From: Planctomycetota bacterium
GTDB taxonomy: Bacteria; Planctomycetota; B15-G4
Direction of reading: 5' to 3'
DNA length: 64,000 nucleotides
Assembly: GCA_965248575.1 (NCBI GenBank)
Contig: CBDFJQ010000002.1
Coordinates: forward strand, 3,040,001-3,104,000
Under the pieces are notes generated by a model. It saw only the letters and a program-made list of their open reading frames with translations. It had not been told where the DNA came from and did no database searches. Both the position numbers and the translations under genes were made by a program. The stretch's first letter is position 1; every line of letters begins with the position of its first letter. Below, piece by piece: positions 38,102-47,548 of this stretch.

Positions 38102-39712
38102 ATGTCTCTCCGGCTCGTCCTTCTCTTCGTCGTCGCCCACGGCCTCGCGGGTTACGCCTTTCTGAAAGATGTCGGTCCCGGCTTTCCGCTGGATGACACC
38201 TGGCTGCACATGGTCTACGCCCAATCCTTCGGCGAGGGCCGGGGATTCGCCTTCAACCCAGGGCAACCCGAAACAGGGATCACAGCTCCCATCTGGACCG
38301 CCATGCTGTCCGTCCCGGTGGTGCTTTCGCAGCTCGCCTCGGAGCACCAGGGCCTGCTCAAGCTCCTGCCCTGGACCGGGGATCTGCCCTTCGACGGTCG
38401 GCCGGATTTCCTGGTCCGGATGCTGGGCGGCCTCATGGGCTTGCTGACGGCCCTTGCCGGCTATCGCCTGACCAGCGGGGCGGGTCGCTGGCCCGCGGCC
38501 TTCACCGCCGTCGTCCTGACCTTTGATGCCACCCTTCTGTTCGACCGCTTCGCCGGCATGGAGATCCCGCTCTTCAGCCTCGGCACCATGCTCTACATCG
38601 GCGCTCTGCTCGACGGTCGGGTCGGGCGCTCGGGGCTCCTGGCTGGGCTCCTGGCGCTGATTCGACCTGAGGGACTGCTGCTCAGCGTGCTCGGCGCCGG
38701 CTGGTTCGCCAAGCGCAAGCTGAGCGTCACCCGCTTCTTGGGTGTAGTGGCCCTCTGCATCCTGCCCTGGATGACCTACTGCTTCATCCTCTCCGGCCGA
38801 CCCTGGCCCGCCACCTTCGACGCCAAGGCGGCCATGGTGCTCGAGCCGCGCATGCTGTTCGCGTCCGTGGGTGCCTTGCTGAATGACAGCGGCTGGGGTT
38901 GGGCGCTACCCCTCGCCTCCCTGGTGGGCATCTTCTCGCTCGAGGGCGGCCGCCACTCCCTGGGCGTGCTCACCGCGGCGGCCGCGGGCCTGCTGCTGGG
39001 GGGCGTCCTGCTCTCGCGCCCGATGCAGATCGCGGGAGAGACGGACGTCATCCCGTACTACTGGGCGCGCTACACCCACATCGCCTGGCCCCTGCTGCTG
39101 ATCATGGGCGCCACCGGTCTGTCGGCCTTGACCCGCACCGCCTACGCCGGCCTGCGTTGTCGGCCCCACTACGCCCTGCTACTCATCGCTCCCTTCCTGG
39201 TGCTGTCCTGGTTCGGGCGCGACCTGTTCGCCCACGGCAGCGGCATGAGCGCGCGTTTCGCCGACCAATGTGACCACGTGGAGAGGCAGAACGTCGCGGC
39301 GGGATACTGGATCGCCGACCACACCCCCAAGAGGTCCGTGGTCGCCACCCATGATGCAGGGGCAATCCGTTTCTTCGGAAAGCGCAAGGTGGTCGACATC
39401 TTTGGGCACCAGAACTTCAAGTTGCTGGCAGCCGAACGCGCAGGCCCCGAACTGGCGAGGCACTGGCTCCTGGACACCAAGCCCGATGTGCTCGCAGTCT
39501 TTCCTGCACTCTGGGCGCGCAACCACAGCCCGGAGCTCAAGCAGATCTGGGCCCAACAATCTCCCCAGGACGGCGCGCAGCTGATGATGGCTTCGGACGA
39601 TTACGCCGAGTTCTTCGGGCTCACCCAGCGCGTGAAGACCTTCCACGTTGAGCACCCCTCCACGGTGCCCAGCCCGCTGCACGCCGACCTGGCGATTTTC
39701 GTCGCACCATGA
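38102..39712 (+). CDS. Polytopic GT-C fold glycosyltransferase
   Basis: ATG 38102; PLDDTWLHMVYA...FNPGQPETGITAPIW, GMEIPL, LIRPEG and C-terminal DAGAIRFF..VVDIFG; many TM helices. Confidence 0.78.
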   Translation: MSLRLVLLFVVAHGLAGYAFLKDVGPGFPLDDTWLHMVYAQSFGEGRGFAFNPGQPETGITAPIWTAMLSVPVVLSQLASEHQGLLKLLPWTGDLPFDGRPDFLVRMLGGLMGLLTALAGYRLTSGAGRWPAAFTAVVLTFDATLLFDRFAGMEIPLFSLGTMLYIGALLDGRVGRSGLLAGLLALIRPEGLLLSVLGAGWFAKRKLSVTRFLGVVALCILPWMTYCFILSGRPWPATFDAKAAMVLEPRMLFASVGALLNDSGWGWALPLASLVGIFSLEGGRHSLGVLTAAAAGLLLGGVLLSRPMQIAGETDVIPYYWARYTHIAWPLLLIMGATGLSALTRTAYAGLRCRPHYALLLIAPFLVLSWFGRDLFAHGSGMSARFADQCDHVERQNVAAGYWIADHTPKRSVVATHDAGAIRFFGKRKVVDIFGHQNFKLLAAERAGPELARHWLLDTKPDVLAVFPALWARNHSPELKQIWAQQSPQDGAQLMMASDDYAEFFGLTQRVKTFHVEHPSTVPSPLHADLAIFVAP

Positions 39713-41925
39713 GTTCGGTCGCGGGCTCGAGCGACGCGGCTCGGGAGTCGCCATCCGTGGGGATCGAGAGGCTTGCGAAGTGGCAGCTGCTCGCCATCGT
39801 GCTGCTGGCGCTCGTGGTGCGGGTGGGCTTCGAAGTCTCCCTACGCAGTGACGACGGCGCGGCGGGCGCCTTGGCTGCCCACCTCCTGGGGGACGAGCGG
39901 GCCTACGATGCGTTCGCCCGGGCCAGCGCGGATGGCAGCCTGGATCGCGAACGGGCCTTCTATCAGGAGCCCGCCTACGCCTGGCTCCTGGGGCGGGTGT
40001 ATTCGCTGTGGCCTCCCACAGACGTGCCCAACGAGGCGGCGGTGATCGCCCGGGATGCCGTGCGCGACGGCGTGATCCTGCTCCAACATCTGCTGGGCAT
40101 CCTGCTGGCCGTGACCACGGCGCGGCTGGGGGCGCGTGCCCTGGGGCGCCGGGCGGGTTTCGTGGCCGGGGTGTTCATGGCGCTCTCCGGGCCCACCGTC
40201 TTCCACGAAGCGATGCTGCTCAAGGCCAGCCTCTCGTTGCTGTTGGTCGTCCTGTGCCTCGGCCTCTGGTTGGACGTTCTCGAGCGCCCCACCCGCGGCC
40301 GATCCTTGGTGCTCGGGCTGTGCATGGGCCTGGGGATCATGCTGCGAGGCAACCTCTACCTGCTGCTGGCCCTGGTGCTGGCCTCGTTGGTCCTACGACG
40401 CAGTGCGCGCACGCTGCAGAGCGCTGTGCTCGTGGGTGCCACGGCCCTGGTGGTGATTTCGCCGCTGACGATCCACAACATCCAGCGCGGGGATTGGGTC
40501 CTCACGACCTATCAGGCCGGTACCAATGCCGCCATGGGACAGCCGCCTGGGATCGACCCTGAGCTGGGGCTGATGTACGAGCCCCTGCGAGCGGGGCGCG
40601 GCGACGCCCGCTTCGAGGAAGCCGACGCCGTGGCCCTGGCAGAGGAGGCTGTGGGCGCGCGCCTCGGCGGGCGCGAGGTGTCGTCCTGGTGGTGGGCGCA
40701 GGTGGCGTCCCAGGTGCAGGCCGAACCCGTCGTGGCCCTGCAGCGCATGGGCTGGAAGCTGCTGCATCTCGTGCACGGGCTCGAAGTCCCCGATGTGAAG
40801 GACTGGGCCTTCTTTGCGCAACGCGTGCCTTGGTTGAACACCCCCCTCTCGAACTTCTGGGTGCTGGGCCCGTGGGCACTGCTGGGCCTGATGTTCCTTC
40901 CGTGGCGCCACCGACCGGGTCTGCTGGTGGTGCGAGGTGGCGTCCTGGTCGTGGCCGTGTCGCTCGTGCTGTTCTACGTCATGGGGCGCTACCGCCTGAC
41001 GGCCGTGCCCATGCTCAACATCCTGGCCGCGGGGGCGCTCTGCGCCGGCTGGGACACCCTGCGCTCGCCGGCGGCCAGTTGGCGCAAGGGCCTCGTGCTG
41101 CTGGCCGGCGTCGGCCTACCGCTCGCCATGGCCCAAATCCCCATGCCCACCGCCTCGCAGGGTTTTCCCGTGTCGTGGTCCAATGCCTCGACCATCGAGA
41201 AGGACGCAGCCGTGCGCGCCACGGATCCGGTCGAGGCCAGCTCCCGGCGCGAACGGGCCTTGGCTTGGGCGCGTCGCGCCACGGAGCTCGCCCCGCTGTT
41301 TCCCTCCGCGCGCATGGCGGAGCTGTGGGCCTGCGAAGCGGCCGGCCCTGCCCTCGCCCCCCTGCCGGACGAGGCCCGCGCTGCCGCCTGGCGACTGGCC
41401 CTGCTCATGGAAGGGCTACGCACCGGCAGGGATGTTTCCGCTGCTCTGCGAGGCCCCGAGGCCGCCGTGGCGCAGGCCACGGTGAGCTTGCTCGACCTTC
41501 CCTCCCGCACCGGCAAAGACGCTTTCACCGCCGCTGGCCGGGCCTCCGCAGCCCGTGCCCTGAGCCCACGCCTCAAACCCCAGAGCGTCCCCTACCTGCC
41601 GCCGGAGAACGTTCTGGGGCTGGCGCTGCGCTTTGCTGACCTCGCAGTGCGGTTGGAGCCCGACGAAGCGGTCGCCCTGGTCCAACGGGGCCTCGCCTGG
41701 AAGCGCCTGGGCCGACTGAGCGAAGCCGAGGCCGACTATCGCGCCGCCGCGGTTGCAGGTATCGACAGCGTCAGCCTCCACAACAACCTGGGAAACCTGC
41801 TGCTGGAGACGGGCCGGGCGGCGGAGGCCGAGGCCTCGTTCCTGCGCGCGCTCGAGCACTCCCCCGACGATCCCGTGGTGCTTCGCAACCTCCAACGGGC
41901 ACGAGCAGCCAACGGCAAGACTTGA
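39709..41925 (+). CDS. GT-C (ArnT/PMT-like) glycosyltransferase with C-terminal TPRs
   Basis: LGDERAYDAFA...FYQEPAY, LRGN and FYVMGRYRL; TPRs such as LHNNLGNLLLETGRAAEAEASFLRAL. ATGA overlap with the upstream gene. Confidence 0.8.
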   Translation: MSSVAGSSDAARESPSVGIERLAKWQLLAIVLLALVVRVGFEVSLRSDDGAAGALAAHLLGDERAYDAFARASADGSLDRERAFYQEPAYAWLLGRVYSLWPPTDVPNEAAVIARDAVRDGVILLQHLLGILLAVTTARLGARALGRRAGFVAGVFMALSGPTVFHEAMLLKASLSLLLVVLCLGLWLDVLERPTRGRSLVLGLCMGLGIMLRGNLYLLLALVLASLVLRRSARTLQSAVLVGATALVVISPLTIHNIQRGDWVLTTYQAGTNAAMGQPPGIDPELGLMYEPLRAGRGDARFEEADAVALAEEAVGARLGGREVSSWWWAQVASQVQAEPVVALQRMGWKLLHLVHGLEVPDVKDWAFFAQRVPWLNTPLSNFWVLGPWALLGLMFLPWRHRPGLLVVRGGVLVVAVSLVLFYVMGRYRLTAVPMLNILAAGALCAGWDTLRSPAASWRKGLVLLAGVGLPLAMAQIPMPTASQGFPVSWSNASTIEKDAAVRATDPVEASSRRERALAWARRATELAPLFPSARMAELWACEAAGPALAPLPDEARAAAWRLALLMEGLRTGRDVSAALRGPEAAVAQATVSLLDLPSRTGKDAFTAAGRASAARALSPRLKPQSVPYLPPENVLGLALRFADLAVRLEPDEAVALVQRGLAWKRLGRLSEAEADYRAAAVAGIDSVSLHNNLGNLLLETGRAAEAEASFLRALEHSPDDPVVLRNLQRARAANGKT

Positions 41926-41957
41926 TCGAACCCCGCCGAGTTGGCACACCGGGCGCC

Positions 41958-42419
41958 ATGAGCACCCTTGCCGAAGCACCTACGACACTTCCGTTCGCCA
42001 AGACCAAGTGCGGTGGCTGCACAGCCCTGTGCTGCAGCTACTTCGCCTTGGAGATCGACACGCCGGACGAGCCCGACGATTTCGAGAACCTCCGGTGGTA
42101 CATCATCCACGAAGACGTGAAGATCTTCGTGGACGACGACACCTGGTACTTGCAGATCTTCCGCAAGTGCAGCTGGCTCGACGGCAACAAGTGCGGCAAC
42201 TACGAAAACCGCCCGCAGATCTGCCGCGAGTACACCGACGAACTCTGCGACTTTGACGGCCCCCAGTCAGACCTCACCTTCAACAACATCGAAGAGCTCG
42301 AGGCCTACCGCGACGAATGGGTCGCCAACTACGAGCTGAAAAAGAAGAAGAAGGCTGCCAAGAAGGCGCGCAAGAAGGGCGTCATGAGCAAGAAGCAGCG
42401 CAAGAAGCTCCGGAACTAG
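41958..42419 (+). CDS. YkgJ family CxxCxxCC cysteine-cluster protein with Lys-rich tail
   Basis: KCGGCTALCC and CSWLDGNKCGNYENRPQICREY. Start set at ATG 41958. Confidence 0.88.
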   Translation: MSTLAEAPTTLPFAKTKCGGCTALCCSYFALEIDTPDEPDDFENLRWYIIHEDVKIFVDDDTWYLQIFRKCSWLDGNKCGNYENRPQICREYTDELCDFDGPQSDLTFNNIEELEAYRDEWVANYELKKKKKAAKKARKKGVMSKKQRKKLRN

Positions 42420-42428
42420 CGGCTCCTC

Positions 42429-44261
42429 TCAGCCGTCGTGCTCGTCGAGCTTGCTGAGTGCATTCCGCTCGAGGCTACGTAGCTCCGTGAGCGCCGTGTC
42501 GATGTGCTCTTCCAGCTGACGCCGGGCGTCGCTGCTCTGGATGCCCGGCTCGAAGTCTTCAACGGACAGCACGGCCTCGCGGTACCAGTGGCTCCACGCT
42601 ACGAGGATGGTGCGCTCCCGATCGCCCACCAGCGCTCGCTGGACCGGGTCGTCGCGCACCACCTCGACCGACAGACGTGTCACGGCTGTCTCGGCTTCGG
42701 TTTGAAGCCGTATGCGGGCGGCACTCATCACGATGTCGAGAACCTCCTGAGCACGCGGCAGACCCGCCGAGGCGAAGTGGCTCACGAGGGCCAAGGTGCC
42801 CACGGCCACGTTCTCCATCTCCGGCAGGCTCACCTTGTCGAGGCGGTCGAGGTTGGTGTGGTAGTAGGGGTCGGTGAAGTGCCAGAGCAACACGGCAGGG
42901 ACACCGCGCTCCAGGAAGGACTCGTGGTCGGAGCCCCCCTCGTAGGGGTTGCTGGTCACGGGCCAGTCGGTCTTCTTGGCCCGTTCGTTCATGGCCGCCA
43001 TGACGTAGTCGTTCAGGAAGTTTCCTACCAACTCTCCCTCGCGCACGTCACCGCGGCCCCACTCGGAGTGGATGTCCAGCGGCGGGCGATCCCAGATGGC
43101 ACCCGGATCAGGCATGCGCTCCACGAGAGGCAGGGCCCCGTTTTCTTTCGGGTCTTCCCCCACCATGTCGATCACCAGCGCCAGATCGACCTTGTTGGAG
43201 TTGGCGCGCAGCCACTCCCGTGAGCATTCGAACTCGGTGCCCACCAGGAACACGATGCTGCGCCGGGGGCGAGGCAGGCGTCCTTCGCGGATGGCCGTGA
43301 GGTAGCCCGTCGCCATCCCGATCGTCGTGGCGACGCCTGATCCGTTGTCGTTCGTTCCCGGCTCGTCCAGGTGCGACACCAAGGCGATCGTTCCCGCGTG
43401 CTCATCGGTGCCGCGGATCTGCCCCACGAGGGTGCGACTACGAGCCTCCGTGAAGCGCGTCTTGATGGCCACCCGGACGTAGACCATGCCCCCACCCAAG
43501 AGCCGTTCCAGGATGTCCTTCTTGGCGGGTGAGATGTTCAGGCCGAATCCTTGGCGCTCCGGGTTGTAGGGCACTTTGGAATAGTGGATGGCGTCGGGGT
43601 AGTTCTGCGGCTCGTTGTAGGCCGGCAGGTAGGAGGAGATGACGCCGAGCGCACCACCCTGCACCACGGCCTGCTCGAACAAGGTCTTCGCCGGCAAGGT
43701 GCCGTAGACGATGGTGCCGGCATAACTCTCGGCAGGCCTGGCGTGGTCGAAGCGGATCAAAGGTGCCACCACACCTTGTGGCTTGGTGGGGAAGGAGTTC
43801 ACACACACGAAGGTGCGCTCCAGCCCGGCTTCCGTCTCGAAGGAGTGCAGCTGCCCCACGTCGGGGGAGACCACATCGAGGCTGCCTGAGAACGGCGTCC
43901 AGGCGGGGCGCACGGGACCGAAGTCCCGGAAACGCACCGTGTCGCCGTCACTCTCAGACGATGAGGGGTCCATGAAGCCTGCTTCCTTCATGAGCGTCAT
44001 CGCGCTTTCGAGGCTGCGCAGGTAGCCCTGGTTGCCGCGCACCCGGTAGTACGGGTCGAGGTTCTCGAGCAGGCGCTGGGCTCCCTCCATGTGGAAGACG
44101 CCCTCCATGGAATCCATGGCCGCCTCGAGGCTGGTTCCGGAAGCCTTCGGTGTTTCTTGACTGAGCAGCGGCTGGCAGATTCCGGCCGACGCCAACACCA
44201 ACACTCCCATGCCCAAAGAGGCGCGACAGCCTCCGAAGCTCGCCCAACGACTGGTGCTCAC
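42429..44261 (-). CDS. M28 family peptidase, exported
   Basis: SHLDEPGTNDNGSG, GTE, IDMVG, GGSDH and YYHTNLD; signal-like N-terminus. Confidence 0.85.
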   Translation of the reverse strand: MSTSRWASFGGCRASLGMGVLVLASAGICQPLLSQETPKASGTSLEAAMDSMEGVFHMEGAQRLLENLDPYYRVRGNQGYLRSLESAMTLMKEAGFMDPSSSESDGDTVRFRDFGPVRPAWTPFSGSLDVVSPDVGQLHSFETEAGLERTFVCVNSFPTKPQGVVAPLIRFDHARPAESYAGTIVYGTLPAKTLFEQAVVQGGALGVISSYLPAYNEPQNYPDAIHYSKVPYNPERQGFGLNISPAKKDILERLLGGGMVYVRVAIKTRFTEARSRTLVGQIRGTDEHAGTIALVSHLDEPGTNDNGSGVATTIGMATGYLTAIREGRLPRPRRSIVFLVGTEFECSREWLRANSNKVDLALVIDMVGEDPKENGALPLVERMPDPGAIWDRPPLDIHSEWGRGDVREGELVGNFLNDYVMAAMNERAKKTDWPVTSNPYEGGSDHESFLERGVPAVLLWHFTDPYYHTNLDRLDKVSLPEMENVAVGTLALVSHFASAGLPRAQEVLDIVMSAARIRLQTEAETAVTRLSVEVVRDDPVQRALVGDRERTILVAWSHWYREAVLSVEDFEPGIQSSDARRQLEEHIDTALTELRSLERNALSKLDEHDG

Positions 44262-44473
44262 GGGTACTCTCCAGGGGAATCGAGGGCACCGATCCGCCGA
44301 CCAGCGAAACCCTCATACCTCGCCGGCGCCGACCACAACCACCCTCAGACGTGGCCCACGATAACCGGCATTCCCGGTCGTCGAATATCTTGCCGCCATC
44401 CCGACACAGCCGCGCCCCGCCGGCACTTCGTTCCCGCGTGGGATCGGCCCCGCCACCGCCCGGCCGTCCAGAC

Positions 44474-44543
44474 GCTCCGTAAGAGCTCTGTAAGCGCTCC
44501 ATGGGGGCTCCAAAGGGGCTCCATTGGGGTTTCCAAGGGCTCC
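44474..44543. repeat. Degenerate tandem repeat, 11-bp period (GCTCC core)
   Basis: GCTC(C/T) at 44474, 44485, 44496, 44507 and 44518, then GTTTCC at 44529 and GCTCC at 44539. Confidence 0.75.
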
Positions 44544-44660
44544 GGTCTCCGGGCTCAGGCTCTCTCATGGATTCTTGATGAGGTTCTCCAACCGAGCCTC
44601 GACGCGGGCAGGACCCGGTCGTCATCCTGCTTCCCCCCTGCCTCAGCACTCCCTCGGCGA

Positions 44661-45089
44661 CTGACCATCCACCAACGCATTCTGGCCATCGACTACGGGC
44701 GCGTGCGCCATGGCCTCGCCGTCAGCGACGCCTTGGGCTTGGCTGCCCATCCCCTGCCCTGCCTGGTCCGCTCGAAACCCGCCGAGGACCAGCGTCACCT
44801 CGCAGGCCTCATCGAGGATCGGGACATCCAGAGCATCGTCCTGGGCCTGCCCCTGAACATGTCTGGAACCGAGGGCCCCATGGCGAAAGAGGTCCGGCTG
44901 TTTGGCGCCCAGCTCGAAACGGGGCTGGGGCTGCCCGTGAGCTACGAGGACGAGCGCCTGAGCACGGATGAGGCCGAAGAACGGCTCAAGGAACTGGGGT
45001 TGCGGCCCAGCGAACGGAAGCGACGCAGGGATTCAGTCGCGGCGGCCATCATTCTCGAGGCCGTCCTGGCCCGGGAGACGGACTCCTAG
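44661..45089 (+). CDS. ruvX: Holliday junction resolvase-like / pre-16S rRNA nuclease RuvX (YqgF)
   Basis: ILAIDYGRVRHGLAVSD, VLGLPLNMSGTEG, EDERLST and DSVAAAIILE. No nearby in-frame ATG/GTG/TTG, so CTG 44661 is proposed. Confidence 0.9.
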   Translation: MTIHQRILAIDYGRVRHGLAVSDALGLAAHPLPCLVRSKPAEDQRHLAGLIEDRDIQSIVLGLPLNMSGTEGPMAKEVRLFGAQLETGLGLPVSYEDERLSTDEAEERLKELGLRPSERKRRRDSVAAAIILEAVLARETDS

Positions 45090-45129
45090 CCAGAGCTCCG
45101 GGGGAGCTGCCGAAAGATCCTCGGGGATC

Positions 45130-45351
45130 CTAGGGCGAACGTGGTGCCGCGCACTTGCGCGAACGGCGGGCGACGGCACCTGCCACCATCAGCAGCCCCA
45201 GCAGCACGAGCACCAGCGGCGGCGGCGCGTCCATGAGCGGGCCTCCCGCAGCGCCTGCCTGCTCTGGCTCCGGGAAGATCGCCGAACCGGCGCTGACGGC
45301 CAGCACAGGCACCACGAGGGTGGCCGACACGACCAGCGTGAGGAAAGACAT
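45130..45351 (-). CDS. Small membrane protein: signal peptide plus PEP-CTERM-like C-terminus
   Basis: 73 aa from ATG 45351: hydrophobic N-terminus, then DAPPPLVLVLLGLLMVAGAVARRSRK. Confidence 0.5.
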   Translation of the reverse strand: MSFLTLVVSATLVVPVLAVSAGSAIFPEPEQAGAAGGPLMDAPPPLVLVLLGLLMVAGAVARRSRKCAAPRSP

Positions 45352-45811
45352 CCGTGAACGTTGTGGCGCGGTCAAAGGTGAGAACCTAGGTGTGTTCGGC
45401 GAGGGGGCCTGTGTGCTTGGTCGAGATCGTCGGTCTCAGGAAGCTTCGGTGATGCCGATGAAGGCACAACGAACCCTGTGTGAATCCCTTGAGACCACTG
45501 GTCAAACTTTTGGGTGAGCCCCGGTGAAAGCTCCCGAACAAGCTGCTGCCCGTTCACCGAAACGCGCCCGATCTCTCCGGCCGCCCAACTGGTAATGACT
45601 CTATGTCGGTCGGGAATGACCGTCAAGCGCAGTGGACGCTGCGATGAGGGACGCACATCGACCAGCGACAGCTCTGGGCTGTAGTACCTCCGCCAACCGC
45701 TGCCACTCGCCGCCGGGGCGTGCACGCCAAACCGCCTCTGGCAGCTTGATTCCAGGGCTTTCCGAGCTGGGTGTTCGAAATCGCCGGCGAGAAGATTGCC
45801 GCAGTGAAAGA

Positions 45812-46218
<407 letters not shown>

Positions 46219-46414
46219 AAACTGTCAATGGACGGTGTGTGCTGGCGAAGCTGCTCAGGGCAGGCCGCCGAAACTGCTCGGGTGCAGGGCGGCTGCCACG
46301 AGTCCCCGAAGCGAACCGGCGCCGAGCTGCGACCGAGCTGGCTATGATACGCCGCGACCGGGGACAGCGTCTCCCCCTCAAGCCCCTTCCATCTCCTGCC
46401 GGCTGCCGCTCTCC

Positions 46415-47032
46415 ATGGAATTCGTCTACGTCACGAAGCGCTACGACCTCTTCGATCTTTCTTTTCCCCACGGCTTCGTGGCGGGCTCGGAGGACGACCG
46501 CGTCGACACTTGGACCCAACGCATCCGCGAAAAGGGCTTCTTCGTGGAGCGCCGCTGGGCCGAGCTGGACAGCAGCTTCAAGCAGATCATTCCCTACACC
46601 TTGATGGTGCACGGCAACGAGGTCCTGTTGCTCAAGCGCCTCAACACGGGCGGCGAGTCCCGGCTGCACGGCAAGCTGTCCATCGGTGTGGGCGGGCACA
46701 TCAACCCCATCGATGAGGTGACGGACGCCGCCGCTGTCCTCGAGTCCGGCTGCCGCCGTGAGTTGGACGAAGAGCTGAACATCGAGACGCCCTACACCCT
46801 TGAGCCCGTGGGCGTCATCAACGACGAGTCGGGCGACGTGGGGTCGGTGCACTTCGGGCTGGTACAGATCGCCCGCTGCGAGACCCAGGACGTCACGGTG
46901 CGCGAGACGGACCAACTGGAGGGCTCCTTTGTAAGCCTCGCCACCCTCAAGGACCTCGCCGCCAAGGAGCGTGATCGCCTCGAGACCTGGACCGCGCTGA
47001 TCATCGACCAACTCGAGGCCGCCATCGGATGA
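46415..47032 (+). CDS. Nudix-family predicted phosphoesterase (COG4112-like)
   Basis: ATG 46415; AELDSSFKQIIPY, GESRLHGKLSIGVGGHIN, Nudix-type RRELDEEL and VGSVHFG. Confidence 0.88.
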   Translation: MEFVYVTKRYDLFDLSFPHGFVAGSEDDRVDTWTQRIREKGFFVERRWAELDSSFKQIIPYTLMVHGNEVLLLKRLNTGGESRLHGKLSIGVGGHINPIDEVTDAAAVLESGCRRELDEELNIETPYTLEPVGVINDESGDVGSVHFGLVQIARCETQDVTVRETDQLEGSFVSLATLKDLAAKERDRLETWTALIIDQLEAAIG

Positions 47033-47364
47033 GGTGCAGCGACGACGATGACGAGAGCGAGACCATCTGGCACATCACGCTGGATGGTTCGCCGGCCAGC
47101 TTGGTGCCCGGCGGTGAGCCTTTCATTCATGCCTCCTTTACGCGGCAGTTGGCCGAGACCTTGAAGGTGCACTACCCCGACGCGCAAAAGGTGGTGCTGT
47201 TACGCCTCGACGCCGGGCAGCTCGGCGGCCGCCTGGTGGAAGAGCCTTCCCGCGGCGGGCAGCTCTTCCCGCACATCTACGGCGAGATCGGGGACACGGA
47301 CATCCTCGAGCGGGTGGATCTCGAGCGGGACACTGCGGGCAGCTTCCCCTTGCTGGACGGCTAG
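47029..47364 (+). CDS. DUF952 family protein
   Basis: IWHIT, PFIHASFTRQL, VVLLRLD and FPHIYGEI. ATGA overlap with the Nudix gene. Confidence 0.85.
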   Translation: MRCSDDDDESETIWHITLDGSPASLVPGGEPFIHASFTRQLAETLKVHYPDAQKVVLLRLDAGQLGGRLVEEPSRGGQLFPHIYGEIGDTDILERVDLERDTAGSFPLLDG

Positions 47365-47548
47365 CAGGAAGAGGCCGGCGGCCCGCCTTGAGAAGCCCTC
47401 GGCGCAGGCGCTGGGCCCTGGCTGCCGAGCAGCTCGAGCAGGGGCCTCCCCCGAGCCTTCGCCCCTCTCAAGGGCGTCGACCCATGTGTCGAAAAGGGAG
47501 GTGGCGGACACCGGTTCGCCACCCTAGGTTCGTAGCGGAGGTCCCGTC

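Noticed and set aside
44474..44543. Possible CRISPR array
   Set aside because: A 5-nt core with 6-nt spacers is far too short, and no cas genes are present. Kept only as a phased repeat.
45093..45130. Two short palindromes between convergent ruvX and the small ORF
   Set aside because: Stems of only 5-6 bp with no U-tract; common by chance at this GC content.
45372..45725. 117-aa minus-strand ORF between rnpB and the small membrane protein
   Set aside because: No recognisable motif or clear RBS. Its stop overlaps a possible start of the next ORF, so it is not excluded, but it cannot be supported.
46224..46229. Perfect TTGACA on the minus strand just upstream of rnpB
   Set aside because: Only about 5 nt from the RNA 5' end, with no -10 element at the proper spacing.
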